A DNA stretch of 64,000 nucleotides from Devosia sp. (GTDB lineage Bacteria; Pseudomonadota; Alphaproteobacteria; Rhizobiales; Devosiaceae): positions 495-64,494 of the forward strand of contig JBARWY010000108.1 in assembly GCA_049647065.1 (NCBI GenBank), given 5' to 3'. Below, one piece after another: positions 19,770 through 30,090 of the stretch (the first letter of the stretch is position 1; every line of letters starts with the position of its first letter). Made by a program: the position numbers and the translations under genes. Below the pieces are notes generated by a model that was given only the letters and a program-made list of their open reading frames with translations, had not been told where the DNA came from and ran no database searches.

Positions 19770-20672
19770 TCAGTTCTCCCGACTGGCGAAATAGCGCACG
19801 GTGGCTCGTAGGCCGTCGGCATTGGGGCCGAAGGTGCGCAAAGCCGACAGTGCGTCGTTGACGGTCTGGGTCAGGCGCGTGCGGGCGCCGTCGAGGCCGA
19901 GCTGGGCCACCAGGGTCTGCTTGCCGTGCGCGGCGTCCTTGCCGGTGGCCTTGCCCATGATCTCAGGCGTGGCGGTGACGTCGAGAATGTCATCGGCGAG
20001 CTGGAAAGCCCGGCCGGCGGCTTCCGCATAGACGGTCAGCACGGAGATCGCGCGCGCATCGGCGCCGCCCAGCAGGGCGCCCATGCGAACGCTGGCGCGG
20101 ATCAGCGCGCCCGTCTTCATCGCCTGCATGGTCGAAATCTCGTGCGGCGAGAGGCCAGCCTGTTCACCCTCGATATCGCGCATCTGCCCGCCCACCATGC
20201 CGCCCGCGCCGGAGCCGGCGACCAGTTCTGTCACCAGCGCGATGCGTATGGCCGGGTCGGGGTGACAGGCGGGATCGGCCAGCAGGCCCAAAGCATGGGT
20301 CAGCAGCGCGTCGCCGGCCAGGATCGCGGTGGCGTCGTCATAGGCCTTGTGCACAGTGGGACGACCGCGGCGCAGATCGTCGTCATCCATGGCCGGCAGG
20401 TCGTCGTGGATCAGCGAATAGCAATGGATCATTTCCACTGCGAGCCCGGCGGGCAGTGCCTGCGCGGCGGGAATATTGAAGATGGCCGCCGCCTGCCGCA
20501 CCAGCAGCGGTCGCAGGCGCTTGCCGCCATCGAGGCTGCCGTGCCGCATTGCCTCGACGAGCCGGGAAGGGGCGGGGCCCGGGCCGGTCAGGCTGTTGGC
20601 ATCGAGCTGTTGTCCCAGCGCCGTTTCCACGGCCTTGGCGCAATCGGCAATGTCGGCGGAGAAGTCGTACAT
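19770..20672 (-). CDS. ispA: farnesyl diphosphate synthase
   Basis: GGKRLRP, SLIHDDLPAMDDDDLRRG, FQLADDILD. Confidence 0.95.
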   Translation of the reverse strand: MYDFSADIADCAKAVETALGQQLDANSLTGPGPAPSRLVEAMRHGSLDGGKRLRPLLVRQAAAIFNIPAAQALPAGLAVEMIHCYSLIHDDLPAMDDDDLRRGRPTVHKAYDDATAILAGDALLTHALGLLADPACHPDPAIRIALVTELVAGSGAGGMVGGQMRDIEGEQAGLSPHEISTMQAMKTGALIRASVRMGALLGGADARAISVLTVYAEAAGRAFQLADDILDVTATPEIMGKATGKDAAHGKQTLVAQLGLDGARTRLTQTVNDALSALRTFGPNADGLRATVRYFASREN

Positions 20673-20767
20673 CAGATGTTGCTAGCGGTTCAGGAGCATG
20701 GCGGCAAGGTGGTGCGCCGGGGAGATTCCCGCTTTCGCAGGCAGCAGGTCGTGGGTATGGAAAGAGC

Positions 20768-21484
20768 ATGGCAAGACGACGCAAACCGAAGGGCATCTGG
20801 CGGATTCTCCGACCCGTTGCGTTTGCCATCGCCATTCTTGTCGCCATCCCAGTTGTGATGACGCCGGTCTATCTGTTTGTCGATCCGGTTTCGGTGCCGA
20901 TGCTGGAGCGCTATCTCACCGGCCGCCCGGTGGATCGCGAATGGCGCGACATCGGCGATATTTCCGACCGGCTCAAGGCGGCGGTGATCCTCTCGGAGGA
21001 TGGCCAGTTCTGCCGCCATTGGGGCGTCGATCTCGGCGCGTTGCGGGACGAGATGCAGAACTTCATTGATGGCGAGGAGGCGCGCGGCGCCTCGACCATC
21101 ACCATGCAGGTGGCGCGCAACCTGTTCCTGTGGAATGGCCAGAGTATCGTCCGCAAGGCGCTGGAAGTGCCGCTGGCTGTTTATATCGACCTGGTGCTGC
21201 CCAAGCGGCGGATAATGGAGATCTATCTCAACATTGCCGAATGGGGTCCCGAGGGACAGTTCGGCGTGGCTGCGGGCGCGCGTCGTGCCTTTGGCATTGT
21301 GCCACAGGACCTAGACTGGCGCACCGCCACGCTGCTGGTGACGGCGCTGCCCAACCCTATGTTGCGCCAGCCGGGCCGGCCGTCAGCGGGCATGCTGCGG
21401 ATCGCGGCGATCATCGAGGGGCGTGTCGCGGAATATGGTGAGCGGGCGGCGTGTGTCGGAGACAATGGCGGGCTGTCGCTCTAG
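20768..21484 (+). CDS. mtgA: monofunctional peptidoglycan transglycosylase
   Basis: SEDGQFCRHWG, RGASTITMQVARNLFL, RKALE, EIYLNIAEWG. Confidence 0.93.
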   Translation: MARRRKPKGIWRILRPVAFAIAILVAIPVVMTPVYLFVDPVSVPMLERYLTGRPVDREWRDIGDISDRLKAAVILSEDGQFCRHWGVDLGALRDEMQNFIDGEEARGASTITMQVARNLFLWNGQSIVRKALEVPLAVYIDLVLPKRRIMEIYLNIAEWGPEGQFGVAAGARRAFGIVPQDLDWRTATLLVTALPNPMLRQPGRPSAGMLRIAAIIEGRVAEYGERAACVGDNGGLSL

Positions 21485-22041
21485 GCGGCGGCCGCATCGT
21501 CGCGGGCCAGCAGATCAGCCAGCGCCTTCAGCTGCCGGTCTCGAATGCCCAGTTCATCGAGATGCCTCGCAGTATTGAGCACATAATCGACATTGCGGCC
21601 CGAAAGGCCGATGCCTGATCGTACCATGGCGAGTTGCTGGTCGAGATCGAGGTGGCCGGCGAACTGCTCATGGTGTTCATCGACGAGGAAAGCGAGCGCG
21701 CTCACCATGCGGCCGTCGGCCAGCCGCACCGGGCGCATGACGTCGCGATAGACCGACGTCACCTGTTCGCGCTCCTGCAGGTAGGCATAGACCTGCGGCC
21801 AATCGGCATTGGCGACTTCAAAGACCATGCCGCGGCAGGAGCCGCCGCGCGTCAGGCCAAAGACAAGGCCGGGCTGTTCGACGGTGCCGCGGTGATGATG
21901 GGAGACGATCGAGAGGCTGCGATGGGCGCCGCGGAGGAGGCCCTGCTGCGCCGAGACATGGGCAAAGCCCGGATTCCAGATGAGGGATCCGTAGCCAAAA
22001 ACCCAGTGCGTCGCTGTGTTATCCGTATCGTGCATCGCCAT
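21481..22041 (-). CDS. chaC: ChaC-family glutathione-specific gamma-glutamylcyclotransferase
   Basis: WVFGYGSLIWNPG, HRGT...PGLV, YLQERE. Confidence 0.9.
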   Translation of the reverse strand: MAMHDTDNTATHWVFGYGSLIWNPGFAHVSAQQGLLRGAHRSLSIVSHHHRGTVEQPGLVFGLTRGGSCRGMVFEVANADWPQVYAYLQEREQVTSVYRDVMRPVRLADGRMVSALAFLVDEHHEQFAGHLDLDQQLAMVRSGIGLSGRNVDYVLNTARHLDELGIRDRQLKALADLLARDDAAAA

Positions 22042-22200
22042 AACCTGAACAGAAACCTAGGCAAGCTTGCCGGCCAAGGCAATTGCCATGCCCGAAATAG
22101 AAGCCATGCGATGTTAAGGCGACCCGGATTTACCGGCGATGAACGCCCATATTGCGATGACGCTTTAGTCCATGCCCGCGCGCGGGTAAGAGTGCCGCCC

Positions 22201-23172
22201 ATGAAAAAGCGAATCATCATTCTTGGCGGCGTCGTGGTGGCAGTGATCGTGCTGTGGAGCGCCGCCTGGCTGGTGCTCGCAAGCATGTTGAAGCAGAACG
22301 TCGAGGCAATGGCGCAGGCCGACGGGGTGACGACGGCCAACCTCACCTGCGGTCGACTTGATGTCGGCGGCTTCCCGTTCCGGTTCGATGTCGATTGCAC
22401 CGAGGCCCGCATCCTCAGTGGCGATATCGTGGTGGAGGTGCCCGGCATCCGGGCCAGCGTCCGCGTCTATGCACCGACCCATGTGTTGGCCTCGGCCCTG
22501 GGGCCGCTGCAGCTCACCGACAGTTTCACCGGCACGCGCAATGCGGTGGCCTGGTCGGGGCTGGAAGCCAGCGTGCGGCTAGACAACTGGCGCATTGCCC
22601 GCGCCTCGGTCTCAGGCAAGGACCTGGTCTGGACCGATACGCTGTTCGGCGATGCCATGATCGCGCAGAGTTCGCTGGTGGAAGTGCATCTGTTCGACAT
22701 TCCAGAGCAGCATGACCCGGAGCGGCACCTGGCGGCTTTGGCGCTCTATGCCCCGGTGCAGAACCTGGTCTGGCCCGGCCTGACGCTGACCGGGACCAAT
22801 GCCGAAATCCAGCTTGAGCTTTCGGGTCTGCCGGACGATGTGCGCAACTGGGGTGATCCGACGTTGCTGGCCTCGATGCAGCAGGCCGGTGGTGCGCTCA
22901 AGATCGTAGCCGTGCATGGCACCGATGGCGATTCGGTGCTGGATGCCGAGGGGCAGCTCGGCCTCAACCCGCAGGGGCTGGTCGAGGGACGGATATCCAT
23001 TACCTCAACTGGCGTCGCCGAGCGGATCGGGCCGCTGCTGGAGCAGCCGTGGCGGACGCTGGTGCTGGGTACGCCGAGGGCGGACGGCGCGCATGTGAAC
23101 CAGCTCAATTTCCGGGCCGGCGGCGTGTTTTCGGGACTGGTACCGATCGCCAGCATTCCGCCGCTGTTCTAG
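22201..23172 (+). CDS. DUF2125 domain protein
   Basis: N-terminal TM and C...VGGFPFRF...C pattern. Confidence 0.8.
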   Translation: MKKRIIILGGVVVAVIVLWSAAWLVLASMLKQNVEAMAQADGVTTANLTCGRLDVGGFPFRFDVDCTEARILSGDIVVEVPGIRASVRVYAPTHVLASALGPLQLTDSFTGTRNAVAWSGLEASVRLDNWRIARASVSGKDLVWTDTLFGDAMIAQSSLVEVHLFDIPEQHDPERHLAALALYAPVQNLVWPGLTLTGTNAEIQLELSGLPDDVRNWGDPTLLASMQQAGGALKIVAVHGTDGDSVLDAEGQLGLNPQGLVEGRISITSTGVAERIGPLLEQPWRTLVLGTPRADGAHVNQLNFRAGGVFSGLVPIASIPPLF

Positions 23173-24140
23173 GCGTCGTCGCCCCCGCCGTGTTCGCGGA
23201 CGAAGGGGACTTCGGGCGGAGGCGGCGCTTCGTGGGTGCGGCCGAAATCGGGGGCGGCGGTTTCCTGTCCGGCCGAGATGATCGACCGGCGGATAGCGCG
23301 GGTGCGGGTGAAGATCGATTCGAGCGCCGGGCCATCACCGGTTTCAACCGCCTTCTGCAGCACGCCGAGATCCCCCAGGAAGCGACCGAGCATGTCGAGC
23401 ACGGCTTCACGGTTGGTGAGGAAGACGTCGCGCCACATTACCGGATCAGAGGCGGCAATGCGGGTGAAGTCGCGGAAGCCACCGGCCGAGAACTTGATCA
23501 CCTCGGACTTGGTGACCGATTCCAGATCATCGGCGGTGCCGACGATATTGTAGGCGATGAGATGGGGGATGTGGCTGGTGATGGCCAGCACCATGTCGTG
23601 GTGCCCTGCCTCCATGACTTCGACATTGCTGCCCATGCCTTCCCAGAAGGCAGCCAGTTTCTGGGTCGCGATCGTGGCTACGTCGGGCTGCGGGGTCAGG
23701 ATGCACCAGCGGCCGGCGAAGAGTTCGGCAAAGCCGGCGGAGGGGCCGGAATGCTCGGTACCGGCGATCGGGTGGCCGGGAATGAAGCTGACATCGGATC
23801 TGATATGCGGGGCAACGACCTTGACGACATGGCCCTTGACCGAACCGACATCGGACAGGATGGCGCCAGGCTCCAGCACCGGGCCGATGGCCTCGGCGAT
23901 GGCTTCATAGGCGCCGACGGGGGCGCAGAGGATGACGAGGTCGGCGCCGCGCACGGCTTCGGCAGCGTCGAGCGTATAGATGTCGCCCAGACCCAGTTCG
24001 CGTGCTTCGTCGAGGGTTTCCTGCTTGCGGGTCGCGATGGAGATGACTTCCACCAGCCCCTGCCGGCGGGCGGCCAGGGCGATGGAGGAGCCGATGAGGC
24101 CGATGCCGATCAGGGCGAGTTTGCGAAAGTGGACGCTCAT
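23169..24140 (-). CDS. tyrC: prephenate/arogenate (cyclohexadienyl) dehydrogenase
   Basis: GIGLIGSS, DVGSVK, GHPIAGTEHSG, TSHIPH, GGFRDFTRIA. Confidence 0.93.
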   Translation of the reverse strand: MSVHFRKLALIGIGLIGSSIALAARRQGLVEVISIATRKQETLDEARELGLGDIYTLDAAEAVRGADLVILCAPVGAYEAIAEAIGPVLEPGAILSDVGSVKGHVVKVVAPHIRSDVSFIPGHPIAGTEHSGPSAGFAELFAGRWCILTPQPDVATIATQKLAAFWEGMGSNVEVMEAGHHDMVLAITSHIPHLIAYNIVGTADDLESVTKSEVIKFSAGGFRDFTRIAASDPVMWRDVFLTNREAVLDMLGRFLGDLGVLQKAVETGDGPALESIFTRTRAIRRSIISAGQETAAPDFGRTHEAPPPPEVPFVREHGGGDDA

Positions 24141-25234
24141 GAGATTTTGCTCAATGCCTTGAGAATGCCGGCGACGCCGATCATGGCCTGCTCGGAGCCG
24201 ATGGAGATGCGCAACCCGTTGGCGATGCCATAGGAGGGGCCGATCTCGCGCACGATGAGACCGCGCTCTCGCAGCGTCTCGAAGGCCATGGCGGCGGATT
24301 CGGCGTCGGCAAATAGCACCATGATGAAATTGGCCTGGCTGGGGATGACGCGCATGTAGTTGGAATGTAGCTCAGCGGTTAGCCAGTCGCGCCATTTGGC
24401 GTTGTGCGCCTTGAGGCGGGCATTGAACTCGACATCGCGCGTGGCAGCGGCGCCGGCAAGCTGGGCGGGCAGGTTGACGTTGAAGGGGCCGCGGATGCGG
24501 TTGATCGCATCCACCAGATGGGGCGGACCGACCATCCAGCCGATGCGGGCAGCGGCAAGCCCCATCTTGGAAAACGTGCGGACCATGACGACGTTGTTCG
24601 CCTCGCCGACAAGCTCCAGCCCGACCGAATAATCGGCGGCGGTGACATATTCGGCATAGGCGCTGTCGATGACCAACAGGATATCGGGGCGCAGCCCGGC
24701 ATGCAGCCGCCGCACTTCGGCATCGCTGAGATAGGTGCCGGTGGGGTTGTTGGGGTTGGCCAGCCAGACGACCTTGGTCCTGGGCGTGACTGCCGCCAGC
24801 AAGGCATCCACATCGGCGGTATAGTCTGTCTCGTCGACCATAACGATGCTGGCGCCGGTGGCCCTGGTGATGATCGGATAGACCGAGAAGCCGTAGCGGT
24901 TCATCACGGCTTCGTCGCCTTCGCCGAGATAGGTCTGGGCCAGGAGGTGCAGCAGGTCATCCGAGCCATTGCCGCAGACGATCAGGTCCGGATCGATACC
25001 GTGGACTTCGGCCAGCGCCATGCGCAGGATTTTGGACGAGCCTTCGGGATAGATTTCGAGTTGCTCGGCGGCGGTGCGGAAGGCCGCGGTGGCCTTGGGG
25101 CTGGCGCCGAGCGGGCTTTCATTGGCCGAAAGCTTGACGGCATTGCTGCCCGGTGCGCCGGACTTGCCGGGCAGATAGGGCGCGATGTCGAGAATGCCGG
25201 GCTGCGGAACGGGGCGGATATCGTCTTCGGACAT
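24137..25234 (-). CDS. hisC: histidinol-phosphate aminotransferase
   Basis: KLSANESP, NPNNPTG, DSAYAE, RTFSK, RIG. Upstream of tyrC. Confidence 0.93.
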   Translation of the reverse strand: MSEDDIRPVPQPGILDIAPYLPGKSGAPGSNAVKLSANESPLGASPKATAAFRTAAEQLEIYPEGSSKILRMALAEVHGIDPDLIVCGNGSDDLLHLLAQTYLGEGDEAVMNRYGFSVYPIITRATGASIVMVDETDYTADVDALLAAVTPRTKVVWLANPNNPTGTYLSDAEVRRLHAGLRPDILLVIDSAYAEYVTAADYSVGLELVGEANNVVMVRTFSKMGLAAARIGWMVGPPHLVDAINRIRGPFNVNLPAQLAGAAATRDVEFNARLKAHNAKWRDWLTAELHSNYMRVIPSQANFIMVLFADAESAAMAFETLRERGLIVREIGPSYGIANGLRISIGSEQAMIGVAGILKALSKIS

Positions 25235-25303
25235 GATGCCAATCTGGGCAGAAAAACCGCGCGGACCATAGTCAAAGCCATGCGGGATGGCAAAGGAAAG
25301 CGT

Positions 25304-26035
25304 CTAACCCTGGCGGGCCGTTGCGGTGTTCAGGTTCGGCACGCGCACGAAGCGCTCCTCGCGCTTGCGGCGGGGAACGGCCGGGAAGGCTTCCTTGCGG
25401 GCGCGGACGCAGATGACGCCGCTCATGGCCGGGCCCAGCAGCCGCCCGGCGCGCTCGAAGAAGCGGGTTGATTTGAGCACCAGCGACGACTGGAAGGGCG
25501 GCAGGAACAGGCCGTCGCGCCAGGCTTCGGGCACGAAGCTGTGGTCGCGCAAAAGCTTATCGAGCTGGCCGCCGGAATAGGGATTGCCCGAGCCGAAAGG
25601 CGTGTTGTCGCGCTGCGCCCAGATGCCCCGGCGCCGTGGTACCACGAGCACCAGTTGCCCGTTCGGCGCGGTGATGCGCCAGAGTTCACGCATCAGCTCC
25701 TCGGCATCGGCCACGTGTTCCAGCGCATGGATGGCAATGGTCAGGTCGATTGCCGCATCGGTCAGCGGCATTTCGAGTGGATCGCACAGCACGGTATGGG
25801 ACGGCCCCTCGCGCGGCCAGGCCGATGCACCCTGGCGGGCGGGCATGAAGGCCAGCACACGCTCGGCCGGCGCGAGGGTGAAGCGCAAATAGGGGGTGGC
25901 GAAGCCGAGGCCGAGGACGCGCTTGCCGGAGACGTCGCCGGCAAGCCCGAGGACCTGCTCACGCACCAGCGCGCGAGAGATGCGCCCGAGCGGGGATTTG
26001 TAATAGGCAATGAGGCGGGTGACGTCGGCGGTCAT
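25304..26035 (-). CDS. class I SAM-dependent methyltransferase (YafS-like)
   Basis: LGLGFATPYL, HALE and TPFG.G.PYS motifs. Divergent from gloB, as is typical. Confidence 0.88.
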   Translation of the reverse strand: MTADVTRLIAYYKSPLGRISRALVREQVLGLAGDVSGKRVLGLGFATPYLRFTLAPAERVLAFMPARQGASAWPREGPSHTVLCDPLEMPLTDAAIDLTIAIHALEHVADAEELMRELWRITAPNGQLVLVVPRRRGIWAQRDNTPFGSGNPYSGGQLDKLLRDHSFVPEAWRDGLFLPPFQSSLVLKSTRFFERAGRLLGPAMSGVICVRARKEAFPAVPRRKREERFVRVPNLNTATARQG

Positions 26036-26142
26036 GTTTGCAACTCTGCCGCTTTCGCAAGGACTTGTCCAACAGGCCGGTTGTCATGTGGAACCAGCCA
26101 CCCTAGCTTTCGGGTTGTTGTTGTTTGTCAGGAGTGCCGCCC

Positions 26143-26910
26143 GTGAGTCTCATCGTCGACGTGTTTCCCGCCCGGAGCGATAATTTTGGCTACCTGGTGC
26201 ATGACACGGCCACCGGGCGCACGGCCGCCATCGATGCCCCCGAGGCGGCCGCTATCAAGAATGCTCTGCTGCATCGCGGCTGGACGCTGACCGATATCTT
26301 CATCACCCATCATCATGTCGACCATGTCGAAGCTATTCCCGAGCTCAAGGCCGAATTCGGTGTGCGCGTGGTCGGCCCGCGCGCGGAGGCCGGCAAGATC
26401 GGCGACCTCGATGAACTGGTAGCCGGAGGCGATATGGTGACGCTGGGCGATACCAGGTTCAAGGTCTATGACGCGCCGGGCCATACGCTGGGCCATATCG
26501 TCTTCCATGATGCCGAGGGCAAGCATCTGTTCACCGCCGATGCGCTGTTTTCGCTCGGCGTCGGGCGCATGTTCGAGGGAACGCCCGGGCCGATGTGGGA
26601 GGGCGTAAAAGCTCTGCGTGCACTACCTGACGACACACTGGTCTATTGCGGGCACGAATATACGGCCAGCAACGCGAAGTTTGCCTTGTCGATTGATCCC
26701 GATAATGCGGCGCTGCAGAAGCGGGCTGCGGAGGTGACGGTTCTGCGCGAGGCTGGGCGTCCGACTATTCCGTTCCTGCTGGGAGAGGACAAGGCGGCCA
26801 ATCCGTTTCTGCGGGCCGACGAGCCTGGCCTGGCCAAGCATTATGGGCTTGAGGGCGCCAGTCCTGCCGAGGTGTTTGCCGCCATCCGCAAGGGCAAGGA
26901 TACCTTCTAG
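26143..26910 (+). CDS. gloB: hydroxyacylglutathione hydrolase (glyoxalase II)
   Basis: DNFGYL, THHHVDH, PGHTLGH, YCGHEYT, NPFLR. GTG start after AGGAG. Confidence 0.95.
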   Translation: MSLIVDVFPARSDNFGYLVHDTATGRTAAIDAPEAAAIKNALLHRGWTLTDIFITHHHVDHVEAIPELKAEFGVRVVGPRAEAGKIGDLDELVAGGDMVTLGDTRFKVYDAPGHTLGHIVFHDAEGKHLFTADALFSLGVGRMFEGTPGPMWEGVKALRALPDDTLVYCGHEYTASNAKFALSIDPDNAALQKRAAEVTVLREAGRPTIPFLLGEDKAANPFLRADEPGLAKHYGLEGASPAEVFAAIRKGKDTF

Positions 26911-26912
26911 CA

Positions 26913-27455
26913 ATGACGGGCAAGCTGACATTCAAGCCGGTGACGGCCAGTACTGTCGGCGACTTCGAAGCGCTGTTCGGGGCCAAGGGCGGGCCGAACT
27001 GGTGCTGGTGCATGGCCTGGCGCGCCACGTCAGCCGAGCTCAAGGATGCCAAGAGCCCCGCGCGCAGGCAGCAGATGCTGGAGCGAATCGCCGATGGCGT
27101 GCCGGTCGGTCTTGTCGGTTATGACAGAGGCACGCCGGTTGCATGGGTGTCGGTCGCGCCCAAGGACACGTTCCAGGGCGGGCTCGGCGGCGCCGAGGAC
27201 CGCGACAGCGTCTGGTCGCTGACCTGCATGTTCATCGCCCGTGACCACCGCAAGCAGGGCCTCAGTGCCGAGCTTATCGAGGCGGCAGCCAGGCATGCCA
27301 AAAAGCACAAGGCGCGCATCCTCGAGGCCTATCCGGTGGACCCGGACTCGCCGAGCTATCGGCATATGGGCTTTGTGCCTGTCTTCAAGCGCGCGGGCTT
27401 TGTGGCGCATGGCCGGGAGGGCACTCGCAGGCATGTGATGCAGCTGCCGCTTTAA
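26913..27455 (+). CDS. GNAT family acetyltransferase
   Basis: CWCMAWR, WSLTCMFI...RKQG and EAYPVD motifs. Confidence 0.85.
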   Translation: MTGKLTFKPVTASTVGDFEALFGAKGGPNWCWCMAWRATSAELKDAKSPARRQQMLERIADGVPVGLVGYDRGTPVAWVSVAPKDTFQGGLGGAEDRDSVWSLTCMFIARDHRKQGLSAELIEAAARHAKKHKARILEAYPVDPDSPSYRHMGFVPVFKRAGFVAHGREGTRRHVMQLPL

Positions 27456-27483
27456 CCATCAACCGCTTTGGGAGCGGAAAGCG

Positions 27484-27498
27484 TTAAAAAAACGTTAG
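27484..27498. promoter_or_regulatory. near-consensus CtrA box (TTAA-N7-TTAG), with a TTAACCAT half-site at 27452-27459
   Basis: TTAA AAAAACG TTAG, one mismatch to TTAA-N7-TTAA. Confidence 0.5.
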
Positions 27499-27502
27499 CA
27501 TC

Positions 27503-27517
27503 TGGCACGCCGATTGC
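27503..27517 (+). promoter_or_regulatory. sigma54 (-24/-12) promoter
   Basis: TGGCACGCCGATTGC matches TGGCACGNNNNTTGC exactly. Confidence 0.75.
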
Positions 27518-27596
27518 CCTTAATGGGGTGTAGGGCCAGATCGATTGTTTCATTTCGAGACAGGCTGGCCCGCTTTGAGACAAGCGAGGCAAAAAA

Positions 27597-27848
27597 ATGG
27601 CCAGTTCTGACACAAAGCCCGCCGGACTTCCTGTCCTGATTGGATCGCCCCGCCCACGCCCCTCACTGCTTCGCACCGAAACGACCGCCGCCTTCGTCAG
27701 CCAGCTACTGGCCGAACGGGGCAACCTGGCGCCGCAGCGCAGCCGCCGTCGCGGTAGTGCCGAAGGCGCTATCGGGGCTTATGCCGCTAGCGCGAAGGTT
27801 GCCGTAAAGCGCATGCCGCTGGGGTATCGGACGACGATACTGGCCTAA
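27597..27848 (+). CDS. small basic hypothetical protein (83 aa)
   Basis: ATG after GAGG and an A-run, with a dedicated sigma54-like promoter. Fills the intergenic gap. Confidence 0.65.
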   Translation: MASSDTKPAGLPVLIGSPRPRPSLLRTETTAAFVSQLLAERGNLAPQRSRRRGSAEGAIGAYAASAKVAVKRMPLGYRTTILA

Positions 27849-28303
27849 CGGCCTTCCATGTTCATGTCGCGCGTGGCTGACGTGATGGACATGGTGAAGC
27901 CGGCGACGACGTCGATCAGCGCCATGACCAGCAGGATGAAGAACACCGTGCTGGAGGCTGCGCCGAGCAGCAGGAATTCCACCAGGATCACTACGAAGAC
28001 AATCATCGAAAGCATGTGCTCGATGATGGAGACCGAGCCGATCCGCGTTGACTTCAGCAGCTCGAAGAATAGCAGGATCAGCGATGCGACAACGAGCAAG
28101 TCGCCGAGCGAAACCAGCCATGGCACGCCCGAGACCATGGGAATGGCAAAAGCGATATTGTTCCAGCCTGCCGGATCGCTACCGAGGAACAGGAAAACCA
28201 CGAGATTGTAGATCACCAGGGGAATGATCAGCAGCGGCGGGATGAACGGCCCGGTATGACGCGATGTGGTGCGGGCAGGTGGCACATAGACGTGTTCGAC
28301 CAA
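27845..28303 (-). CDS. hypothetical 4-TM membrane protein
   Basis: Four hydrophobic segments, ELLKST...IIEHMLS, DVVAGF. AAGGAG upstream of a TTG start. Confidence 0.8.
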   Translation of the reverse strand: MVEHVYVPPARTTSRHTGPFIPPLLIIPLVIYNLVVFLFLGSDPAGWNNIAFAIPMVSGVPWLVSLGDLLVVASLILLFFELLKSTRIGSVSIIEHMLSMIVFVVILVEFLLLGAASSTVFFILLVMALIDVVAGFTMSITSATRDMNMEGR

Positions 28304-28389
28304 GTTGGCTCTCCTTGTTCACGGGCGGACCATGCCAGATTGCATGGCCGCCGCAAAGACTGGCTAACGCCACCAGGATGAAGCGAACG

Positions 28390-29790
28390 CTATTTGCTGA
28401 GCTTGAGCGGGCCGACCATCTGTTCGGGCTTCACTTCGGCGTCGAACTCCTCGCCTGACAGCAGGCCCAGGCCGATGGCTTCCTCGCGCAGGGTGGTGCC
28501 GTTCTTGTGCGCCGTCTTGGCGATCTTGGCGGCGTTGTCGTAGCCGATCTTGCGGTTGAGCGCCGTGACCAGCATCAGCGACTGGTCGACCAGCTGCTTG
28601 ATGCGCTTGCGGTCGGGTTCGATGCCGACGGCACAGTTGTCGTTGAACGACTTGGCGCTGTCGGCCAGGAGCCGCACGGCCTGCAGGAAATTGTAGGCAA
28701 TGACGGGCTTGAAGACGTTGAGCTCGAAGTTGCCCTGGCTGGCAGCAAAGCCGATGGCCGCGTCATTGCCCATCACATGGGCGACGACCATGGTCATGGC
28801 TTCCGACTGGGTCGGATTGACCTTGCCCGGCATGATCGAGGAGCCAGGCTCGTTTTCGGGAATGGTCAGTTCGCCGAGACCCGAGCGTGGGCCGGAGGCC
28901 AGCCAGCGCACGTCGTTGGCGATCTTCATGAAGGCGACTGCGAGTTGCTTGAGGGCACCCGAGGTGCCGACAAAGGCGTCGTGGCCGGCCAGCAGGGCGA
29001 ACTTGTTCGGGCCAGTGACGAAGTCGTGCCCGGTGAGGGTGGCGATTTCCCTGGCCACGGCGACGGCGTAGTCGGGATGGGCGTTGAGGCCAGTGCCGAC
29101 GGCGGTGCCGCCAAGCGCCAGTTCCTTGAGCTGGGGCAGCGTCACCTTGATGGCTGATATGGCGTAGTCGATCTGGGCAACCCAGCCACTGATCTCCTGG
29201 CCCAGCGTCAGGGGCGTCGCGTCCTGCAGGTGGGTGCGGCCGATCTTGACCACGTCCATGAATTCCTCGGACTTGGCATGCAACGTGTCACGCAGGAGCT
29301 GCACGCGCGGGAACAAGTAGTTTTCCAGCGCCTCGACGGCGGCGATATGCATGGCCGTGGGGTAGGTGTCGTTGGACGACTGGCTCATGTTGACGTGGTC
29401 ATTGGGATGCACGGGCTTCTTGGTGCCCATGGTGCCGCCGGCCATCTCGATCGCGCGGTTGGAGATAACCTCGTTGACGTTCATGTTGGACTGAGTGCCC
29501 GAGCCGGTCTGCCAGACGACGAGCGGGAAGTGCTCGGAGAGCTGGCCTGATATCACTTCATCGGCAGCGGCGACGATCAGGTCGCGGGTCTTCATGTCGA
29601 GCAGGCCCAGCTTGTGATTGGCCAGGGCCGCGGCTTTCTTGAGCACGCCGAAAGCGGTGACGATCTCGGTCGGCATCTTCTCGCCACCGATATCGAAGTT
29701 CATCAGGCTGCGAGCGGTCTGCGCGCCATAATACTTGTTGGAGGGGACCTCGATGGTGCCCATCGTGTCCGATTCAACGCGCGTGCTCAT
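28390..29790 (-). CDS. fumC: class II fumarate hydratase
   Basis: [38 protein letters not shown]. Confidence 0.98.
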   Translation of the reverse strand: MSTRVESDTMGTIEVPSNKYYGAQTARSLMNFDIGGEKMPTEIVTAFGVLKKAAALANHKLGLLDMKTRDLIVAAADEVISGQLSEHFPLVVWQTGSGTQSNMNVNEVISNRAIEMAGGTMGTKKPVHPNDHVNMSQSSNDTYPTAMHIAAVEALENYLFPRVQLLRDTLHAKSEEFMDVVKIGRTHLQDATPLTLGQEISGWVAQIDYAISAIKVTLPQLKELALGGTAVGTGLNAHPDYAVAVAREIATLTGHDFVTGPNKFALLAGHDAFVGTSGALKQLAVAFMKIANDVRWLASGPRSGLGELTIPENEPGSSIMPGKVNPTQSEAMTMVVAHVMGNDAAIGFAASQGNFELNVFKPVIAYNFLQAVRLLADSAKSFNDNCAVGIEPDRKRIKQLVDQSLMLVTALNRKIGYDNAAKIAKTAHKNGTTLREEAIGLGLLSGEEFDAEVKPEQMVGPLKLSK

Positions 29791-29837
29791 GGTCTAACTC
29801 CCGAGAATTGGCCGCTCTTTCCGGCGGCGGGCAAAGC

Positions 29838-29869
29838 AAAACGGCCGACCCTTGGAGGGATCGGCCGTT
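29838..29869 (-). terminator. rho-independent terminator after rpmF
   Basis: AACGGCCGA...TCGGCCGTT stem followed by a T-run on the minus strand. Confidence 0.75.
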
Positions 29870-29910
29870 GCAATAACAGAAACGAGCGCAAGGCGCGCCT
29901 CGTCTTTCGT

Positions 29911-30090
29911 TTACTTCTTTACGTCGAGGACCTGACGACCGCGATACATGCCGGTCTTGAGGTCGACGTGATGCGGGCGGCGCAGCTCGCCCGAATCCTT
30001 GTCTTCAACATAGGATCCAGGTGCAAGAGCGTCGGCCGAGCGGCGGAAGCCGCGCTTCATCGGCGAGGTCTTTCGTTTTGGCACTGCCAT
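29911..30090 (-). CDS. rpmF: 50S ribosomal protein L32 (59 aa, absent from the ORF track)
   Basis: Manual translation [22 protein letters not shown]...[22 protein letters not shown]. Confidence 0.97.
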   Translation of the reverse strand: MAVPKRKTSPMKRGFRRSADALAPGSYVEDKDSGELRRPHHVDLKTGMYRGRQVLDVKK

